From contig NC_043762.1 of the NCBI RefSeq assembly GCF_902148845.1, positions 28,962,760 to 29,026,759 of the forward strand: a stretch of DNA of 64,000 nt. The letters are read 5' to 3'. Positions 34,101-45,007 of this stretch are shown here, in pieces. Below the pieces are notes generated by a model that was not told where the DNA came from, searched no databases, and worked only from the letters and a program-made list of their open reading frames with translations. Both the position numbers and the translations under genes were made by a program. The first letter of the stretch is position 1. Each line of letters opens with the position of its first letter. Origin of the DNA: Salarias fasciatus. Lineage: Eukaryota.

Positions 34101-34601
34101 CCTCGTTGTGGCTTTTCCTTGGTTTACATTTTTTAAAACACTTGACCACGTCCTCCTCGTCAAAGTAAGAGTTCTGAAAATGATTTGATAAGAGGCTGTT
34201 AGCTTTAATGTGGACACAGAGGTGATCTCAACTGGGAGCTCTTATTGTACTGACAACATTAAAGATGGTGATGCAGATAAATCAGGTGAATTTAATGTGA
34301 AGTATTGGTTGTGCAAGTTAAGTAAGAGTTTACTGACCTCAGCACTTTTCAACGTCGCGACTGAACGTCCGAGACCACCTGACCACAGACGGATCTGTTT
34401 GTTTTTTGAACATAAAAACAACAAAACAAGAATACATCAGAAATGGTAAAGCAAGAGAGTTTCCTTGTTCCACATGTGTGGATGTAAATGTTTGATGTAC
34501 ATGAGAATATAAATCTGTTCTGAAGCCATTTTGCTACAGCAGTGCAGCAATGGTTCTTCCTTCAGCCATCACTGTCTTCAGTATGCAAAGTAAAGCCTCA
34601 C

Positions 34602-34814
34602 CGTGTGATCAGAGCCAGCTGTCAGCAGCAGCAGTTCTTCCTCCAGGAAACTCAGAGCCTCTGTGGCTCCGTCATGAGCCTGGAAACATCCCACACAGGT
34701 GGAGGTGGGCACCGACCACACCCGCACCTCTCCGGAGATGGAGCCAGAGCAGAGCATCGAGGACGTAGACGAGAAGGCCAGACTGCGCACGGACCGCTGG
34801 TGACCACGAAGCAA
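34602..34814 (-). CDS. tep1: TEP1 WD40 exon LLRGHQRSVRSLAFSSTSSMLCSGSISGEVRVWSVPTSTCVGCFQAHDGATEALSFLEEELLLLTAGSDHT
   Basis: Acceptor tctcctcag|TTGCTTCG and donor cacacg|gtgagg; 213 nt in phase. Confidence 0.55.
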
Positions 34815-34904
34815 CTGAGGAGACGAAAAAACGCAGAGGAAGGTTTTGGCCGAATGCTGCAGCGGTCTGGATGAACTGTAATTCTGGATCAGACCAGAGT
34901 CTCA

Positions 34905-35060
34905 CAGGAAGCTGCTGATTCTGGAGCCAGTTCCACACCATCACGTCTCCGTTCCAGCAGCCAGCAGCCAGCAAGTGAGCTTCAGGGTCAAAGGTCACAC
35001 AGTTCAGGGGGCTGATGCTTGAAAGAGAGGCCACTTCATGGCCTTTAGTGGAGGACCACA
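34905..35060 (-). CDS. tep1: TEP1 WD40 exon VWSSTKGHEVASLSSISPLNCVTFDPEAHLLAAGCWNGDVMVWNWLQNQQLP
   Basis: Acceptor ctcttcag|GTGTGG and donor cttcct|gtgaga. Matches TEP1 LWDTVRGQLAFQHTYPKSLNCVAFHPEGQVIATGSWAGSISFFQ. Confidence 0.6.
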
Positions 35061-35135
35061 CCTGAAGAGCAGAACGTTTTACTCATTGTGAAAGACGTTG
35101 AAAAGATCAGAATTGTTGAAATGTTTGAGACTCAC

Positions 35136-35235
35136 TTTTAGCTTGAAGTCAAGGGAAACCGTCACAAGGTGCTTCTTGTCTGCACTGATGTTACTGGCTG
35201 TTATTGCATTATTGTGTCCTTCAATCAGAGCAGTC
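35136..35235 (-). CDS. tep1: TEP1 WD40 exon RTALIEGHNNAITASNISADKKHLVTVSLDFKLK
   Basis: Acceptor cactgcag|GACTGC and donor ctaaaa|gtgagt; 100 nt. Matches TEP1 RVLQTKAHQYQITGCCLSPDCRLLATVCLGGCLK. Confidence 0.6.
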
Positions 35236-35336
35236 CTGCAGTGAGAGGAAGCAGAAATCAGGACACCAACAAGAGCATCATTTGTCGTTAGTTTAACTGA
35301 GGATGTGAAAGGATTTCCTCTGAACGCTCGTCTCAC

Positions 35337-35461
35337 CTGCATCCATTCTCCACATCCCAGAGTTCGATGCGTCCATCAAAGGAGGTGGTGGCAAGACGCC
35401 CGTCCTCCACAAACATACAGCTTGAGATGCCATCGCAGTTGCTCACCAGAGACTTCACTTC
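35337..35461 (-). CDS. tep1: TEP1 WD40 exon EVKSLVSNCDGISSCMFVEDGRLATTSFDGRIELWDVENGC
   Basis: Acceptor gtgagcag|GAAGTG and donor tgcag|gtgaga. Matches TEP1 EEKSVVSGCDGISACLFLSDDTLFLTAFDGLLELWDLQHGC. Confidence 0.65.
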
Positions 35462-35612
35462 CTGCTCACAAATGGAAGAAAGAAGACATGCAACATCATT
35501 TTTTTTCCCTGAAACAATGCATTCTCAGTTGTGGAACAGATGACATGTGACTTCCACCAAGTGGAACCGAACAGAAGGGAGAAAATAACATTTCTAGAAC
35601 TTGTGTTCGTAC

Positions 35613-35733
35613 CAGTCCAGTCTGTACATTGAGGAAATGCAGCATTCCCTCACAGCTGCCGACCACCATCTGCAGTTTATCCGGACTCAAGGCAACGCAG
35701 GTTGGTTCAGAATGGAGAGTCGACCTCAGCATG
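35613..35733 (-). CDS. tep1: TEP1 WD40 exon SMLRSTLHSEPTCVALSPDKLQMVVGSCEGMLHFLNVQTGL
   Basis: Acceptor catctcag|CATGCTG and donor gactg|gtacga. Matches TEP1 ...AVGTANGTVYLLDLRTWQ.... Confidence 0.55.
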
Positions 35734-36279
35734 CTGAGATGAAACACAGAACAAAATAATCCCATCTCAATACAATCCCAGCTAAATATCTGTCAGGATC
35801 TCAAGTTAAGTTATGCTAACAGTTGATCTATCACAGAGTTATTAAGTTCGAGATCAGAAAACGGGGCATTGATTGAGTGCTACTATCGGACCAAGCCCAG
35901 TGAAACGGCGTACATGTAGAGAATGTGGGGTGAATGGTTGCTTAGAAACCCCACGTATATACTGAGGAAGAAACAACTAATCACTCAGTGCTCAAATATC
36001 TGAAGGGGAAAACTACTGTCACAGTTGTAGATTAATGGGACACAGTGTGCCTCATCCACAGAACAAATATTCTACAGCAAAGAGGAGTCAGGATGGGGTC
36101 AGGTCAGTATGGGGGGGATTTCAGCATCACCCCTAAGCAGCGAGATTGGGTACCAAGCTGAGAACCACTGAAGGGGAGAGCAGCTAATCTGAAAGAGAAG
36201 ATCATGAATTCCAGGGGGAACAAAACTACCTCTTGCCTGCCAAAGCTACAGAACAAAGTACCAAAAAGACCTCTACTGA

Positions 36280-36840
36280 ACGATGAAAACACAGCACTGC
36301 TATCCCTACCCAGGACGTCACCGAGACCAACCAGCTGATCTATACTACGGTATCAGTCGTCCTACAGACACTTGGCTACAGGATGAACAGCATGAGTCGC
36401 CAGAAGTCAGAACCTCCATGGAAAAGAAAGCTGGAGGCAAAAATGAAGGCAACACGGAAAGAAGTTAGCCTCCTGACAGAACCGAACAGTGGCGTGAAGC
36501 TTAAGAACGAACTGCCCAAGAAATACAGCAAGCTGTCCACAGCCGAGGCACTGGAGACTGCTAAACAAAGACTCAAAGCCCGAGCGACCCGTCTAAAGAG
36601 ACGTACAAGAGAAACGGAAGCCAGGAGAATAAACACAACATTCTCCAACAACCCAGCAAAGGTAGACTCTCAATGACAGGACAGTAAGACAACAGCAGAC
36701 CCACCCAGAGCATTGACTGAGCAATACTGGAAGAAAAAGGTGCCACACAACACTACCGCACACTGGCGAGCAGACCTGCAAGCAGAAATCTCCCAGAACA
36801 AGAACCAGTAGTCATCACAACAGCAGACATTCAGAAAAGA
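36280..36840 (+). mobile_element. Retroelement ORF1-like fragment (basic, coiled-coil-like)
   Basis: ORF 36383-36676 (...KRKLEAKMKATRKEVSLLTEPNSGVKLKNELPKKYSKLSTAEALETAKQRLKARATRLKRRTRETEARR...), a lysine/arginine-rich peptide of the kind common in fish LINE ORF1s. Confidence 0.35.
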
Positions 36841-36842
36841 GT

Positions 36843-37640
36843 AATTAAGTAAGTAAAATTTATTTATATAGCGCTTTTCGCAGACAGCAGTTACAAAGTG
36901 CATCACAGGGAGAGAAAAAATCATACGAAGATCAGAAATCAAAGATAACAGAACATTAAACAGAGCATGTGGCATATGAGATCAGAGAGCGTAAGACATT
37001 CCACGTACATAAAAGCAGAGAGATAAGAAATCGTATAGACAGACCGTGACACACTGTGTCAGTGGGTCTGGGATGCCTTTTGAAACAGAAATGTTTTTAA
37101 GTGATTTTTGAAGGCATCCACTGAATCGAGGGAGCGCAGGTCTAGAGAAGCTCGTTCCAGAGGCGAGGTGCGGTGGATGTGAACGAGCGGTCACCCCTAG
37201 TTTTACAGCGAGTCTGTGGGACTCTCTGCAGGTTCTGTTCAGAGGACCTCAGGCTTCGGGCCGAGCTGTGGGGCTTGATTAGGTCTCTGATGGGAGCATG
37301 GCCATGTAGGGGTCAGAAGGTCAGCACCAGGATTTTAAACTGGACCCGGAACACAGCAGGGATTCAGTGGAGAGATTTTAAAACAGGTGTGTTGTGGGAC
37401 CTCCTGCTGGAGCTGGTCAGTAGCCTGGCAGCTGAGTTTTGGACGTACTGAAGACGAGCAGCTCTTTCTTGTTGAGGCAGTGAACAGGCTGCTGCAGTCG
37501 TCTAGCCACAAGGATTTGAAGGCATGAGTGATCGAGGTGGTTACATTCTCCGTTGAAATGTGTTCAACAGTGAGCAAAGCGACATATCAAAGCGAGTTTG
37601 ACTGAGGACGCTCCTCTTCACGGACATGCAGCACAGCGCC
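36843..37640 (-). mobile_element. 3' fragment of an L2/CR1-like LINE of the same superfamily
   Basis: Homologous to the 8150-8560 region (...gctcgttccagaggcgaggtgcggtgg...gctgagttttggacgtactgaag...). Confidence 0.4.
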
Positions 37641-38099
37641 GCCACGACCGATGTAACCCGCTTGATCAGCGGGGTCCAGCCAGCTGGTGAGCCCGGCTGG
37701 TCTCCTGAGTGAAGTCCCCCACCGACTCTGGTGACTGACAGGTTAGAGGTGGATAATGTGCCTGAAGCTTCGTGTTTGCCGTTCTGTTTGAACTGGCTAG
37801 TGTAGCTACAAGCGAGCGGGGGCTGTTTGCTCATGTGATTACGTCGTAAGCATGATGGGAACCGTAGTCAAACAACTCGGACTGACAACCGGGTGGTCTT
37901 TATTACCGTATTTTCCACAAAAAATGGGCACTGTTGTTTTTTTGGGAAAATTAGAGGCTTTTAGGTGCGGAAAATACCGTATATGAAAAATAATCAGAAT
38001 GCACTCTGGGGGCGGGACCAAATGGGGAGGTGGGCCGTATCCAGCCCGCGGGCCGTAGTTTGGGGACCACTGCTGTAAACAAAGTGCAGTGAGGGAGGC

Positions 38100-39005
38100 C
38101 GAGAACTGGTGAGTGTCAAAGCCGCCATCCAGGAGGAAACATCATCCCTCCAAGAGTACAACCAGAGAATGGGCCCCAATGACAACCTGCTCAGTGAACG
38201 CCTCAGACAGTGGAACCCGGTGAGAAAGAGGAGCAGAGGAGGGATCAGGGAAAGATAAAAGCCCTACACGGCATGAACCACCAACAAATTGCAGAAGCAG
38301 CTGACAGAGAGAACATACCAGTGGCTGGAAAAGGCAGGACTGAAAGACAGAACAGAGGCTCTGATCATGGCTGCACAAGAACAGGCCCTCAACGCAAGAT
38401 CAATAGAGGCCGGGGTGGATCACTCTAGACCAGACCCCAGGAGCAGACTGAGACAGGAAGCCCCGAAACAGTACAGACCATACAGCAGGGGCAAGATGCT
38501 GGCAGGAAAAGCAGACACGAACGCCATAAACAGGCTGAGGCAGAGTATACAGAAACACCTGTGGCAAGTCCGGACTGGAGATCCCAGACACCCCTGTAAG
38601 TGGTGGAGAACAACCAAGACAAGATTCTGAGGGACTTCAAGATTCAGACTGACTAACTGGTGAAGTCGCCTGACATTGTGGTGGAGGAGAACCATGAGAA
38701 GAGAGCAGTATGATGGATGTAGCAATCCCCAGTGACAGAACATCAGGAAGAAGGAACAGGAACAGCTGGAGGAATACCAAGGGCTGGAAGAGCAGCTGGA
38801 GAAGATGTGGGCTGTGAAGGCAGCAGTGGTGCCAGTAGTGATGGGGGCACTATGGACAGGAACCCCAAAGCAGGATGCATGGCTCAAGGAAATACCAGGA
38901 ACAACATCTGAGATCTCTGTCCAGAAGAACGCAGTGCCAGAACAGCTAAGATCCTGCAGAACCCTCCAGCCCCCAGGCCTCTGGTAGAGGACCCAGCTCG
39001 AAGGA
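38100..39005 (+). mobile_element. C-terminal fragment of a widespread teleost retroelement ORF (...AAQEQALNARSIEAGV...KYQGLEEQLEKMWAVKAAVVPVVMGALW...TSEISVQKNAV...)
   Basis: ORFs 38289-38630 and 38805-38987 carry the conserved ...RKKEQEQLEEYQGLEEQLEKMW...VPVV.GALG..TPK...QIPG.TSEISVQK... signature, recognised from memory. Confidence 0.4.
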
Positions 39006-39127
39006 GATACCGACCAGGACGGGCGAGAACACGGTTTATACACAGTATAAATGTGATTCACTCCTGTGCAAAAGAAAAAAATCTCCTTGCGATGACTGAA
39101 AGCCAGTTTTGAAAAAGACGGGTTTAC

Positions 39128-39338
39128 CTGAACTCTTGAGGATCATATTTTAGACGAGAACGACACTCAATAATCCGGTTTCCTCCTTTCCCCACCAGAC
39201 CTTTGGCCCAGGACTGAGCAGAGGTCTCTGGAGGACAGTGAAGGGCTTCTTGGATGAAAAGAGCCGGCCAGGAGGAGAGAACGGCACTGTGGCCCCAGAG
39301 GAAGTTGTGGCAGTCCCAGACGTTTCCACAGAAGGGTC
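39128..39338 (-). CDS. tep1: TEP1 exon ...PFCGNVWDCHNFLWGHSAVLSSWPALFIQEALHCPPETSAQSWAKGLVGKGGNRIIECRSRLKYDPQEF
   Basis: Acceptor cttgtcag|GACCC and donor gttcag|gtaaac. Confidence 0.45.
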
Positions 39339-39583
39339 CTGACAAGACAAAGACGTGATGTGATGAGGACTGAAAACACACTGAGCAACAATTCCAAGGC
39401 TAAAGGTTGTTTAAACACTTACTTGAGTGGTCAGATTTACTCTCCTTCTCTACAGGAAAGACAGAAATTCACAGGATTGCAGACATCAGGATGTTTCATT
39501 TATTACTATCACGACTACTATTATAGACAAAACAGCTTCAGAAGACGTTCCTTCTATTATATGAGCTGATCGGCTGTACTCAC

Positions 39584-39698
39584 TGTACAAGTCGTACATG
39601 TCCATGAGGTGCTGCAGGAGCCCGTTCCTCACGTTAGCATACAGGAAATAATAGTTGGACAGCAACGACTCGACTGCCTCCATCTGTCCACTTTCAAT
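39584..39698 (-). CDS. tep1: TEP1 exon IESGQMEAVESLLSNYYFLYANVRNGLLQHLMDMYDLY
   Basis: Acceptor tttggtcag|ATTGAA and donor gtaca|gtgagt; 115 nt. Confidence 0.5.
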
Positions 39699-39930
39699 CT
39701 GACCAAAGCCAAATAAAGACATGTAATAGTTAAAATATTCAATGAATATCAAGCTCAAACATGCTTAAAAGTGTTTAGCTTATTACTGAAATCAATATAT
39801 TCTCATTATTGGAGATTTGCTGGTAGATGATGCTCATTTGCTGCATCACAGGACTGTCAAACTGTTGAACGGTAGAAAAGTCCCACTGTTGATGTGTGAA
39901 GTAGTACTGATGAAACCAAGGCTTCCTCAC

Positions 39931-40019
39931 CAGGCTTTGGGGCAGGTGCATGACAGAGTTGACCTCACAGTGAAAGAAGGTCTCTTGTCCCTCAGGATCA
40001 GCCCGTGTCCACAGATGAG
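39931..40019 (-). CDS. tep1: TEP1 exon AHLWTRADPEGQETFFHCEVNSVMHLPQSL
   Basis: Acceptor ttctgcag|CTCATC and donor cctg|gtgagg. Joins in frame to the next exon, giving HLPQSL/IESGQ..., which resembles TEP1 YHLLQSGNRGLL. Confidence 0.45.
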
Positions 40020-40100
40020 CTGCAGAAAAAGAAACCTTTCAATCAGCACTCACCGACAATTTTTCCATTCAGAACACAAAAAGAAATCAGCAGAGTTTAC

Positions 40101-40234
40101 CAGCCAGTATGAGGTGGGCTCTCTTTGTTTCACTCTCTGCTGGGAGGAGAAAGTCCTCAAAGGCTCGCTTCACCTCCACATTTTTCAGAGTCAGCAAGTC
40201 GCTGGTATTGTAGCAATGAGATGGATCCATCAGG
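40101..40234 (-). CDS. tep1: TEP1 exon SLMDPSHCYNTSDLLTLKNVEVKRAFEDFLLPAESETKRAHLILAG
   Basis: Acceptor tttcctgcag|CCTGATGG and donor ctggctg|gtaaac. Confidence 0.5.
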
Positions 40235-40412
40235 CTGCAGGAAACATACCAAAAAGATGTAATGCTTCTCTAATATTCACATTGCTGAACAATGCATCCT
40301 TTGGAATTGGGGTTGAGATTCAATTAGAGCTGTCGAGGAAAACGGCGTCTCATGAGGTGAAATGAAAGAATACTCGACGTTACAACTTCTTGAAGCAAGT
40401 TGAGAATTCTAC

Positions 40413-40572
40413 CTTTGTAAACTCTGCACTATGCGGGTGAAAGCTGCCATGGGAATGCGTCCTCTGGGCTTCCTGGACAGCTGCAGGACTTCCTGCCATG
40501 TGACCTGTCCTTTCTGAGAGGACAGACTGTTGCATGTGTTCAGCACAGAGTACAAGTCTCTCTCTTTCAGAC
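40413..40572 (-). CDS. tep1: TEP1 exon GLKERDLYSVLNTCNSLSSQKGQVTWQEVLQLSRKPRGRIPMAAFTRIVQSLQ
   Basis: Acceptor cgttctcag|GTCTGAA and donor caaag|gtagaa. Phase is continuous with exon 44254-44389. Confidence 0.5.
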
Positions 40573-40769
40573 CTGAGAACGGAGAAAACAAAAAGACAGA
40601 CATGGTTGGTTCAGTCTCAGCATCTTCCTCTAAGTTTCACATTAATGAAATTCAACATTTAAGTGTGAGGATGACATCTTGGATTTGAAGACACACTGCC
40701 TCAGCCACAAGAACACAATAAACTGCTCTAAACTGAACCACAGTTGATTAGACCTTTTCATACCGACCC

Positions 40770-43700
40770 CTGACCTGCCACCTTAAAGTGGTGGGGGAGT
40801 TTGAGCGCCTACGTGATCCCAGGTGCTATGTTGTCCGGGGCTTTATGCCCCTGGTAGGGCCTCCCATGACAGACAGGTCCTGGGTGATGGGCCAGACCAA
40901 GGGCAGGTCGACAGCCCTTATGAAAACATTAAAATCTAGGTCTGTGACGTCGCCCGGTATGGCGCAGCCGGGGCCCCACCCTGGAGCCAGGCCTGGGGTT
41001 GGGGCTCGCAAGCAAGCGCCTGGTGGCCGGGCTCAGCCCGAAAGGGCGATGTGGGCCAACCCTCCGGAGGACCCACCACTTACCGAGGGAACCGTAGGGG
41101 CTGGGTGCAGTGTGGACTGGGTGGCAGCCAACGGCAGGGTTCCCAGCAACCCGATCCTCAGACACAGACACCAGCTCTATGGACGTGGAATGTCACCTCA
41201 CTGTGGGCGGAGTAGCCTGAGCTTGTGAGTGAGGTTGAGAGGTACCGGCTAGATGTAGTAGGGCTCACCTCCACACACAGCCGGGGCTCTGGAACACAAT
41301 TCCTCGAGAAGGGCTGGACACTCCACTGCTCTGGAGTTGCCCGTGGTGAGAGGCGGCGGGCTGGTGTGGGTTTGCTTACAGCCCCACAGCTCAGCCGCCA
41401 TGTGTTGGAGTTCACCCCAGTGAAAGAGAGGGTCGCATCCCTGGTCCTTCGGGTCGGGGACAGGTGCCTCACTGTTGTCTCGGCTTACGGGCCAAACAGC
41501 AGTGCTGAGTACCCGGCCTTCTTGGAGTCCCTGGGAGGGGTGCTGGACAGTGCTCCATCTGGGGACTCCATTGTTCTACTGGGGGACTTCAACGCCCACG
41601 TGGGCAGAGACAGTGAGACCTGGAAGGGGGTGATTGGATCGCATGGCCTCCCTGATCTGAACCCCAGTGGTGTTCTGTTACTGGACTTCTCTGCTGGCCA
41701 CAGTTTGTCCATAATAAACACCATGTTGGAGCACAGGGGGGTCCATAAGTGCACTTGGCACCAGGGCATCCTAGGTCGGAGATCGATGATCGACTTTGTT
41801 GTCGTGTCATCTGACCTCTGACCTCATGATGGGTGCAGAGAGGAGCAGAGCTGTGGACCGATCACCACCTGGTGGTGAGTTGGATTCGCTGGCGGAGGAG
41901 GAAACCGGACAGACTTGGCAGACCCAAAAGTATTGTGAGGGTCTGCTGGGAACGTCTGGTGGAACCCTCTGTCAGCAGGGTTTTCAACTCCCACCTCCGG
42001 GAGAGCTTCTCTCATGTCCCGAGGGACGCTGGGGACATTGACTGCCCATGCACACTGGATGCGGTCCGCCAGCGTTCCAGCTGCAGTCCGGCTCCGGCCC
42101 GGTACACCGCAGCACTGTGATTCACACCGCCTGCGGTGTCTCTGCAGTCCGCTGGAGAAGGTTGCCAGATCTGTCGTTATCCCCCGTAGACCATTTGAAA
42201 CCAGTTTAACTCAATAGAAAGCAGCCCAAACCTCCATCTCGGATGAAAATGCACGTTAAAACCGTATTTGTATGATAAAAAACACGTCATAAACACATAA
42301 TCATTTCATCAACCCGTCCGACGTGTTCAAAAAAGATGCTTGATTTGGTACAAACCTGCCCAATCTGGCAGCACGGAGCTGCTCCGGTCACAGAGCTGTT
42401 TTTAGCCATTTTGGAGTCATTTGACTTTTCAGCAGTGACTAAGTACAAAACCGTTCATTCTTCCAATCCGTATAATGACTACATTACATTGTTGTTCTGT
42501 ATTCCACCAGAAGAAGTAAAAAAATAGAAAATTAAGGCGAAAACACGACACAGATTTTATTTTGAGGTCACTTATTTTGGAACACGTAGTGCGTTTCCTT
42601 CCGGCACCCGACTTGCTTCCGTCTGAATTGACGCGTTAGGCCTGCGGCATCCGGAAAAATAGGATCCTTGCGGAAAGATACCGGAGCTCCACAGAGGCTC
42701 CGGAGCCGGACCGCAGCCGGACTGCAGCCGGACTGCGGCCGGTGTGAACCACAGCATTGATTTTAATGACTACGGATTAGCTGCGGTGTCCGGACCGCAT
42801 CCAGTGTGCATCGGGGGTGAGTCCGACTGGACCATGTTCTCTACCTCCATTGTCGAAGCAGTTGCCCGGCGCTATGGTCGTAAGGTCTCCGGTGCCTGTC
42901 GTGGCGGCAACCCCCAAATCCGGTGGTGGACACCGGAAGTAAGGGCTGCCGTCAAGAAGGAGTCCTATCGAGTCTTGTTGGCTCTTGGGACTCCCGAAGC
43001 AGCTGACAGGTACTAGCAGGCCAAGCAAACTTTAGCCCAAGTGGTTGTGGAGGGAAAAACTCAGGTCTGGGAGGAGTTCAGGAGGCCGTGGAGGAGGACT
43101 ACCGGTCGACCTCGAAGAAATTCTGGCAAACCGTCCGGCGCCTCAGGAGGGGAAAGCAGGTCTCCACCAACACTGTTTACAGTGGAGGAGGGGAGCTGCT
43201 GAGGAGCAGGAGTCTGGTCCGCATTGCCGGCAGTAAATCGGACCTGTTCCCGGTGCAGGTTGCACTCCGGCAGGTCTGCCCTTTGTCACTGGTTGTGTTC
43301 ATCATTTTTATGGACAAGGGGGCCATAAAAATGATGGGGGCCGGAGGGGGTCCGGTTTGGGGACCACAGGATTTCATCTTTGCTTTTTGCAGATGATGTT
43401 GTCCTGCTGGCTTCATCGAACCCGGACCTACAGCATGCACTGGGGCGGTTCGCAGCTGAGTGTGAAGCGACAGGGATGAGGATCAGCACCTCCAAATCCA
43501 AGACCATGGTCCTCGACCGGAACAAGGTGGCTTGCCCCTCCAGGTTGGTGGAGAGACTCTGGCCCAAGTGGAGGAGTTTAAGTATCTCGGGGTCTTGTTC
43601 ACGAGTGAGGGACGGATGGAGGTGAGATTGACAGGCGGATCAGTGCAGCATCTGCCGTCATGCAGTTGTTGTATCGGTCCGTTGTGGTGAAGAAGGAGCT

Positions 43701-44175
43701 GAGGTGAAGCTCTTGATTTACAGGCCAATCTACGTTCCCACCCTCACCTATGGTCATGAGCTTTGGGTCATGACCGAAAGGACAAGATCCCGGATACAAG
43801 CAGCTTAAATGAGCTTCCTCCGGAGGGGGGCTGGGCTCCCTCAGAGACAGGGTGAGGAGCTCAGTCACCTCCACATCGAGAGGAGCCAGCTGAGGTGGCT
43901 CGGGCACCTCTTTAGGATGCCTCCTGGACTCCTCCCTGGGGAGGTTTACCGGGCATGTCCCACTGGGAGGAGACCCCGGGGAAGACCCAGGACATGATGG
44001 AGAGACTATGTCTCTTGGCTGGCCTGGGAACGCCTTGGGATCCTCCCAGAGGAGCTGGAGGAAGAGTCTGGGGACAGGGAAGTCTGGGCATCTCTGCTGA
44101 GACTGCTGCCCCCGCGACCCGGCCCCGGATAAGTGGTGGAAGATTGATGGATGGATGGATGGATTGACGGATATC
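40770..44175 (+). mobile_element. Copy 2 of the same retrotransposon family (about 430-bp 5'UTR, EN, RT, (TGGA)n tail) in a TEP1 intron; carries an internal deletion and a foreign insertion
   Basis: EN ORF 41225-41821 ([23 protein letters not shown]...[10 protein letters not shown]...). RT pieces 43088-43800. The sequence of this copy's 3' end (about 43820-44000) translates to ...FLRRGAGLPQRQGEELSHLHIERSQLRWLGHLFRMPPG..., followed by gatggatggatggatggattgacgg at 44140-44165. Confidence 0.65.
42120..42745. mobile_element. About 620-bp insertion bounded by imperfect inverted repeats inside LINE copy 2 (MITE-like, or an inverted duplication of adjacent LINE sequence)
   Basis: gcagcactgtgattcacaccgcctgcggtgtc (42113-42144) opposes ccggtgtgaaccacagcattg (42738-42758). 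The ctgcagtccggctccgg motif recurs in inverted orientation (42700-42735). The LINE ORF resumes at 42744. Confidence 0.35.
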
Positions 44176-44253
44176 GATTTATTTTCTTATCTGTGTCATT
44201 GTCCTATTAATAACCTCACAGTCACTGGATTCCCTCACAGTGACTAATCTTAC

Positions 44254-44389
44254 CAGTGGTGCTGACAGTGAGCACTGCCAGCGCCCAGCGGAGTCCCTGC
44301 ATGTCTCTGTAGTGTGAGCAGAGTCTCTCCAGGCTGTACTGCACCAGCTGGCTCAGAGACCCTGGGATACCCAGAACATTCTCCTTCAA
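44254..44389 (-). CDS. tep1: TEP1 exon LKENVLGIPGSLSQLVQYSLERLCSHYRDMQGLRWALAVLTVSTT
   Basis: Acceptor gtgtctcag|TTGAAGG and donor ccactg|gtaaga. Matches TEP1 LRTLPATVPLLLQHILSTLEKEHGPDVLPQALTALEVTRSG. Confidence 0.55.
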
Positions 44390-44552
44390 CTGAGACACAA
44401 AGACAGACAACAACACATTTAATGTAACAGTTATTTAAAAAGATGAATAATCAAACAGGTAATGTAACATCCTGAATGCCCCCCCATTCTGAATCAATGT
44501 TTTTCACTCAAATAATCATCTAAACTACTGCAGAGGTGGCTGAAAAGCATCA

Positions 44553-44645
44553 CGGCACCAACCCTGTCGAAGGAGGCAAAGTTCCTCAGGTCTTCACAGG
44601 CCAGGTGCAGGTAGAGAGGACTCAAAGCCCCCTTCTTCATGATCA
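44553..44645 (-). CDS. tep1: TEP1 exon LQTLIMKKGALSPLYLHLACEDLRNFASFDR
   Basis: Acceptor ttttcag|CTCCAG and donor gacagg|gttggt (weak). Matches TEP1 MRLLLVKRESGRPLYLRLVTDHLRLFTLYEQ. Confidence 0.5.
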
Positions 44646-44746
44646 GCGTCTGGAGCTGAAAAGGTGAACCAGTACAAGTTTAACACAATAAAAAGCACAG
44701 ACGTTACACAGATATGGTGCCTGCAGTAGAAAAGTAAGAAGAAAAC

Positions 44747-44926
44747 CTGGCTGTTGAACGCAGAGTCACTGAGTTTCTTCCCGAAGGCGTCCAGCTCCTT
44801 TTTAACGATTTCCCTGCGGTCCGGCACGGTGAGCGGTCCCAGGGAAAACAGGACTGTGCCTGTTTTCTTGACCAGCGTTTGTAACAGAGGCGCTTTGGAG
44901 GTCATGCTCACAACCAAACACACACC
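44747..44926 (-). CDS. tep1: TEP1 exon GVCLVVSMTSKAPLLQTLVKKTGTVLFSLGPLTVPDRREIVKKELDAFGKKLSDSAFNSQ
   Basis: Acceptor gttcttcag|GGTGTG and donor cagccag|gttttc. Matches TEP1 CVHLVLSVSSDAGLGETLEQ...EELALYGKRLEESPFNNQ. Confidence 0.65.
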
Positions 44927-45007
44927 CTGAAGAACAAAAGACAACCTGAGTGGCAAAAACGTCTGATGACGAGCAGAACACACCATGAATTTAAGACTTA
45001 CTCAACG

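Noticed and set aside
38420-39061. 213-aa minus-strand Cys/Ser-rich ORF
   Set aside because: It is antisense to a retroelement C-terminal fragment. It is low complexity and has no start or splice context.
40788-41228. 146-aa plus-strand Pro/Gly/Arg-rich ORF at the 5' end of LINE copy 2
   Set aside because: It lies in the LINE 5'UTR, which is GC-rich. It has no recognisable ORF1 domain and looks like a compositional artefact. I cannot exclude a degenerate ORF1.
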